From assembly GCF_000012345.1 (NCBI RefSeq), contig NC_007205.1:360001-392000 (forward strand): a stretch of DNA of 32,000 bases. The letters are read 5' to 3'. Both the position numbers and the translations under genes were made by a program. Under the pieces are notes generated by a model. It did no database searches. It was not told the origin of the DNA and saw only the letters and a program-made list of their open reading frames with translations. The DNA is from Candidatus Pelagibacter ubique HTCC1062. GTDB taxonomy: Bacteria > Pseudomonadota > Alphaproteobacteria > Pelagibacterales > Pelagibacteraceae. This document shows, in pieces, positions 29,146 to 32,000 of the stretch (positions are counted from its first letter, which is position 1; every line of letters begins with the position of its first letter).

Positions 29146-29162
29146 TTTAGAATTATTATAAA
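29146..29162. promoter_or_regulatory. Iron-control-element (Irr-box)-like palindrome in the fabA/irr divergent spacer
   Basis: TTTAGAA-TTA-TTATAAA versus the rhizobial ICE consensus TTTAGAA-N3-TTCTAAA gives 13 of 14 specified positions. It ends 6 nt before the irr ATG. A perfect TATAAT (29130-29135) with TTAATA 16 nt upstream (29108-29113) would place the site just downstream of a plausible irr transcription start. Confidence 0.4.
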
Positions 29163-29167
29163 CAATA

Positions 29168-29596
29168 ATGAATAATATTAATATATACAAAGAAAAACTG
29201 AGAGAATCTGGCTTAAGACCAACTAGACAAAGGTTAAAAATCTGTGAAGTATTGTTTTCACCTGAAAAAACTTTTCATTTTACGATAAATGATTTGACCA
29301 AAATTATTGAAGAAAAGTTGAGTGAAAAAATTTCCCTAGCAACAGTTTATAATACAATTCATGCATTTAAGAAAAAAGGATACTTAAAAGAAATTTCAAT
29401 TAATAGTGATAAAAGTTATTTTGACACTAACGTAACTGAACACCATCACTTTTTTGACGAAGATACAAATGAGTTGATTGATTGTAGCAACGAAGAAATT
29501 GATTCAGTGAATATAAAAAGAAATATCACAGGAAAAAAAATAAAATCAGTAGAAGTATTGATTAAAGTTGCAACTGATAATCAAACTCAAAAATAA
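29168..29596 (+). CDS. irr: Fur-family iron response regulator Irr
   Basis: 142 aa with a Fur-type winged helix ([15 protein letters not shown]...[18 protein letters not shown]). It has a His-triplet (TEHHHFFDE) at the position of the Irr HHH motif and no CxxC pairs. It is divergent from fabA-fabB-fabI, a linkage I recall as typical for irr in alphaproteobacteria. Confidence 0.7.
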   Translation: MNNINIYKEKLRESGLRPTRQRLKICEVLFSPEKTFHFTINDLTKIIEEKLSEKISLATVYNTIHAFKKKGYLKEISINSDKSYFDTNVTEHHHFFDEDTNELIDCSNEEIDSVNIKRNITGKKIKSVEVLIKVATDNQTQK

Positions 29597-29622
29597 TTCA
29601 ATAATTTCAATAATTTAATAAT
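29597..29622. repeat. Tandem 9-mer array TTCAATAAT / TTCAATAAT / TT-AATAAT directly after the irr stop
   Basis: Read directly: 29597-29605, 29606-29614 and 29615-29622. AATAAT hexamers also occur at 29592 and 29631, giving five copies at 8, 9, 8 and 14 nt spacing. Confidence 0.6.
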
Positions 29623-29634
29623 TACATTAAAATA

Positions 29635-29664
29635 ATTCTAAACTGTTGACTTACAGTTTAGAAT
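29635..29664. promoter_or_regulatory. Perfect 12-bp inverted repeat (candidate operator overlapping a -35-like TTGACT; alternatively the irr terminator hairpin)
   Basis: ATTCTAAACTGT (29635-29646), spacer TGACTT, ACAGTTTAGAAT (29653-29664). The arms contain the two ICE heptamers TTCTAAA and TTTAGAA, but in swapped order and 16 nt apart. TTGACT (29646-29651) spans the left arm/spacer junction. The repeat itself is certain; its function is not. Confidence 0.5.
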
Positions 29665-29688
29665 GATTATATGTACACCATAATCATT
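29662..29688. promoter_or_regulatory. Second inverted repeat with Fur-box-like arms, immediately upstream of the rubrerythrin Shine-Dalgarno
   Basis: AATGATTAT (29662-29670), 9-nt spacer ATGTACACC, ATAATCATT (29680-29688). ATAATCATT is contained in the classical Fur-box consensus GATAATGATAATCATTATC. AAGGAG (29689-29694) and the ATG at 29701 follow directly. Confidence 0.4.
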
Positions 29689-29700
29689 AAGGAGAAAAAT

Positions 29701-30117
29701 ATGTCATTAAAAGGAAGTAAAACAGAAGAAAACTTAAAGGATGCATTTGCAGGCGAGAGCCAAGCAAACAGACGTTATTTATATTTTGCTCAAAAAGCAG
29801 ATATCGAAGGCTATAACGATGTAGCATCTGTATTTAGATCTACAGCTGAAGGTGAAACAGGTCATGCACATGGACACCTTGAGTATCTTGAAGAAGTTGG
29901 AGATCCAGCAACGGGACTACCAATTGGTGAGACTAAAGCAAATTTAGCTTCAGCAGTACAAGGTGAAACTCATGAATATACAGACATGTACCCAGGTATG
30001 GCAAAAACAGCTAGAGAAGAAGGTTTTCCAGAAATAGCTGATTGGTTTGAAACTTTAGCAAAAGCTGAAAAATCACACGCAGGTAAATTCCAAAAAACAT
30101 TAGAATCTATTGCGTAA
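29701..30117 (+). CDS. rbr: Rubrerythrin-family di-iron protein lacking a rubredoxin domain
   Basis: The start was chosen at 29701 ([30 protein letters not shown]...) because of the AAGGAG 7 nt upstream; the ORF-track start is 29671. It is 138 aa with a four-helix-bundle di-iron signature and two ExxH motifs (ETGH, EKSH). No CxxC rubredoxin module is present. Confidence 0.88.
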   Translation: MSLKGSKTEENLKDAFAGESQANRRYLYFAQKADIEGYNDVASVFRSTAEGETGHAHGHLEYLEEVGDPATGLPIGETKANLASAVQGETHEYTDMYPGMAKTAREEGFPEIADWFETLAKAEKSHAGKFQKTLESIA

Positions 30118-30121
30118 ATAA

Positions 30122-30144
30122 AACTTAATTTATGGTGGGGTTTT
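30122..30144 (+). other. GC-rich hairpin between rubrerythrin and the Fe-S gene, without a U-tract
   Basis: ATGGTGGGG (30122-30130), loop TTTTC, CCCCACCAT (30136-30144) form a perfect 9-bp stem with 6 G/C pairs. The 3' flank is TAAATCCTAAAA, not a T-run. Confidence 0.55.
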
Positions 30145-30174
30145 CCCCCACCATTAAATCCTAAAATTTTAAAT

Positions 30175-31506
30175 ATGAGTAAAGAAGGCAGTATAGACGC
30201 ACCCATTAGACACCCAATCAATTTTGAGCATCCAGATTTTTTAGATCCTAAAAAATTAGATGACGAAATGAGAAGAGCATTCGATATCTGCCATGGATGT
30301 AGAAGATGTTTTAATTTATGTGACTCGTTTCCAAAATTATTTGACATGATAGATGAGTCAGAAAATGAGGATGTAGAAAGTTTAAAAAGTGAACAGTTTG
30401 AACCTGTAGTAGATGCTTGCACATTGTGTGATATGTGTTTTATGACCAAGTGTCCTTATGTACCGCCACATGATTTTGATTTAGACTTTCCTCACTTAAT
30501 GTTGAGATACAGAACAGCTCAAAAAAAATTAAATAAATTACCTGCAGTACCGGCACAATTAGCTCGAATTGATAGAAATGCAAAAATTGGTGTAATGTTA
30601 TCATCCCTTATAAACTGGGCATCAAACATTAAAAATACATTTTTTAGAAAAATATTAGAATTAGTTGCTGGAATTGATATGAGGGTTAAGCTTCCAACCT
30701 ACAATTCAGAAACATTTACAAAATATTTTAAAAAAAATAATATTCCAGTAAACAGTGAAGCTCCATCTAAAGATAGAAAAGTTGTAATTTATTCAACATG
30801 CTTTGTTAATTTTAATAAAAAAGACACTGGTGTAGCTGCATTAAAAGTTTTAAAAAAAAATGGAGTAGAGGTTCAAGAGGCTTACCCAGGTTGTTGTGGA
30901 ATGCCTTATCTCGAGCAAGCAGATTTACCAAAAGTTGTGGAGCAAGCTAAAAAAGTTTCCAAAGATTTATTAGAGTGGGTAGATAAGGGTTATCAAATTA
31001 TTACTCTAACAGCCAGCTGTGGTCTAATGTTAAAATTTGAATGGCCATTGCTATTACCAAACGATGAAAATATTAAAAGACTTTCAAAAAGTGTTAGTGA
31101 TATAGATGAGTATATCGTTGATATAGCACAAAACGAAGGCTTAGCAGAGGGCTTACAAGAAATTGATGGTGGGGTTACAGTTCACAACGCTTGTCATGCA
31201 AGAGCACAAAATATGGGTATTAAATCTAGAGATATGCTTAAATTCATTCCTAATATAAAAATGGATGTTGTTGAAAGATGTGCTGGTCACGGAGGAACTT
31301 TTGGTGTGATGAAGGAAACTCACGATCTAGCTATAAAAGTTGGAACACCAACAGCAAAACAAATTAAAAATAAAAATAATAAATACATGGCTTCAGATTG
31401 TCCTTTGGCAGGTAAGCATTTGAAACAATTAGAAACAGACACAAATATTTCAAATGATGAGGCACTTCATCCTATCGAATTAATGGCAAAAAGTTATAGA
31501 TTGTAA
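30175..31506 (+). CDS. HdrD/GlpC/GlcF-like iron-sulfur oxidoreductase (2x[4Fe-4S] ferredoxin motifs plus two cysteine-rich CCG-type repeats)
   Basis: 443 aa. Cluster motifs are [15 protein letters not shown] and [17 protein letters not shown]. The C-terminal half has Cys-rich repeats (STCFVNF...YPGCCGMPY and NACHARAQN...[10 protein letters not shown]...SDCPLAG). The physiological substrate is not deducible from sequence. Confidence 0.8.
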   Translation: MSKEGSIDAPIRHPINFEHPDFLDPKKLDDEMRRAFDICHGCRRCFNLCDSFPKLFDMIDESENEDVESLKSEQFEPVVDACTLCDMCFMTKCPYVPPHDFDLDFPHLMLRYRTAQKKLNKLPAVPAQLARIDRNAKIGVMLSSLINWASNIKNTFFRKILELVAGIDMRVKLPTYNSETFTKYFKKNNIPVNSEAPSKDRKVVIYSTCFVNFNKKDTGVAALKVLKKNGVEVQEAYPGCCGMPYLEQADLPKVVEQAKKVSKDLLEWVDKGYQIITLTASCGLMLKFEWPLLLPNDENIKRLSKSVSDIDEYIVDIAQNEGLAEGLQEIDGGVTVHNACHARAQNMGIKSRDMLKFIPNIKMDVVERCAGHGGTFGVMKETHDLAIKVGTPTAKQIKNKNNKYMASDCPLAGKHLKQLETDTNISNDEALHPIELMAKSYRL

Positions 31507-31508
31507 TT

Positions 31509-32000
31509 ATGAGTAAAGAAAAAAGACTAATAGAAAAAGAAGACTTACTACCATCTGATGTTTACGCAAAAAGTAGAAAACAAATCAGAAAAGATTTAGT
31601 TGAGTTTAAAAAAGATAGAAGAATAGCACTTGGTCCTTATGCTACTTTTTATTTTGAAAGTTTTGAAACTATGGTTGCCCAAGTTCAAGAAATGCTTCAC
31701 ATCGAAAAAGGTGGAGATGAGCAATTAAAAGATGAATTAATAGCCTACAATCCCTTAGTACCAAGTGGAAAAGAACTTATAGCAACATTAATGTTTGAAA
31801 TTGATAATCCAATTTCAAGAGCTAAATTTTTAGGTAAAGTTGGAGGTATTGAAGAAAAGGTATTTATGAAAATTAATAATGAAATTGTTAAAGCAGTTCC
31901 AGAAGCAGATGTTGACAGAACATCAGCAGAAGGAAAAGCTTCTTCAGTACAGTTTATCCATTTCAAATTAAATGATGATCAAATTTCTAAATTTAAATCA
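31509..32000 (+). CDS. DUF3501-family protein (first 164 codons; continues past the right edge)
   Basis: It is not in the ORF track because there is no stop in the window. The ATG at 31509, 2 nt after the preceding stop, is an open frame to base 32000. It reads MSKEKRLIEKEDLLPSDVYAKSRKQIRKDLVEFKKDRRIALGPYATFYFESFETMVAQVQEMLHIEKGGDEQLKDELIAYNPLVPSGKELIATLMFEID...SSVQFIHFKL. The central block (TFYFE...MLHIEKGG...ELxAYNPLxPxGxELxATxMxEI) matches my memory of the DUF3501 family. The family assignment is from recollection, not a search. Confidence 0.65.
   Translation, partial: MSKEKRLIEKEDLLPSDVYAKSRKQIRKDLVEFKKDRRIALGPYATFYFESFETMVAQVQEMLHIEKGGDEQLKDELIAYNPLVPSGKELIATLMFEIDNPISRAKFLGKVGGIEEKVFMKINNEIVKAVPEADVDRTSAEGKASSVQFIHFKLNDDQISKFKS

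Noticed and set aside
29095-29190. A 32-codon N-terminal extension of fabA in the ORF track ([32 protein letters not shown]...).
   Set aside because: The FabA homology begins at the internal Met (29094). The extension would consume the whole fabA-irr promoter spacer and overlap the irr start codon.
29970-30449. 159-aa ORF on the minus strand spanning the rubrerythrin 3' end, the GC hairpin and the 5' end of the Fe-S gene. It is the longest unexplained ORF in the track.
   Set aside because: It is entirely antisense to two ORFs with clear family motifs. It is Ser/Asn/Ile-rich with no recognisable motif, start context or Shine-Dalgarno. Long antisense frames are expected opposite AT-rich, GAA/AAA-rich coding sequence.
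1087-31966. Other short ORFs in the track: 1087-1302, 3080-3328, 3542-3739, 4182-4379, 5275-5595, 5796-6002, 6145-6384, 9715-9939, 10227-10424, 11157-11345, 13386-13574, 17204-17386, 17499-17714, 17795-18025, 18740-18931, 19808-20020, 22327-22584, 22730-23038, 23163-23348, 24789-25043, 26326-26550, 28523-28822, 28916-29125, 31745-31966.
   Set aside because: Each lies inside, and mostly antisense to, a gene with strong family motifs. They are 60 to 106 aa, low-complexity, and motif-free, so I treat them as shadow ORFs.

Overview
The window is extremely AT-rich and tightly packed. By my coordinates there are 33 protein-coding genes and only about 0.86 kb of non-coding DNA, so roughly 97% is coding. 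Gene content and order are alphaproteobacterial: grpE-dnaK, murJ-trpS-nfu, tsaB-fur-miaB-phoH-ybeY-lnt-metK, nusA-infB-rbfA-rpsO-pnp, and fabA-fabB-fabI divergent from irr. The 130-aa cupin at 26111-26503 has metal and catalytic residues at exactly the positions published for the DMSP lyase DddK of Candidatus Pelagibacter ubique. I therefore infer a SAR11/Pelagibacter genome; I could not run a search to confirm this. I found no tRNA, rRNA, CRISPR array, IS element, integrase, toxin-antitoxin or recognisable defence gene, so this is mostly ordinary core genome. The parts worth a second look are listed here. (1) The right-hand cassette irr / rubredoxin-less rubrerythrin / HdrD-GlpC-like CCG Fe-S protein / DUF3501 is preceded by a dense set of repeats and palindromes; it is my best candidate for an uncharacterised system. 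(2) An Irr-box (ICE)-like site lies in the fabA-irr spacer. (3) A two-gene pocket (FkbM-type methyltransferase plus dddK) sits between the pnp terminator and fabI. (4) TsaB is internally shortened to 128 aa. (5) An intrinsic terminator lies 15 nt upstream of nusA, inside what may be the nusA leader. (6) Streamlining signatures include missing rimP, truB, rimI and corC at their canonical positions, convergent genes sharing TTAA stop tetramers, and a probable 53-nt antisense overlap of two divergent 5' ends. All functional calls rest on motif recognition and remembered family knowledge, not on database searches.
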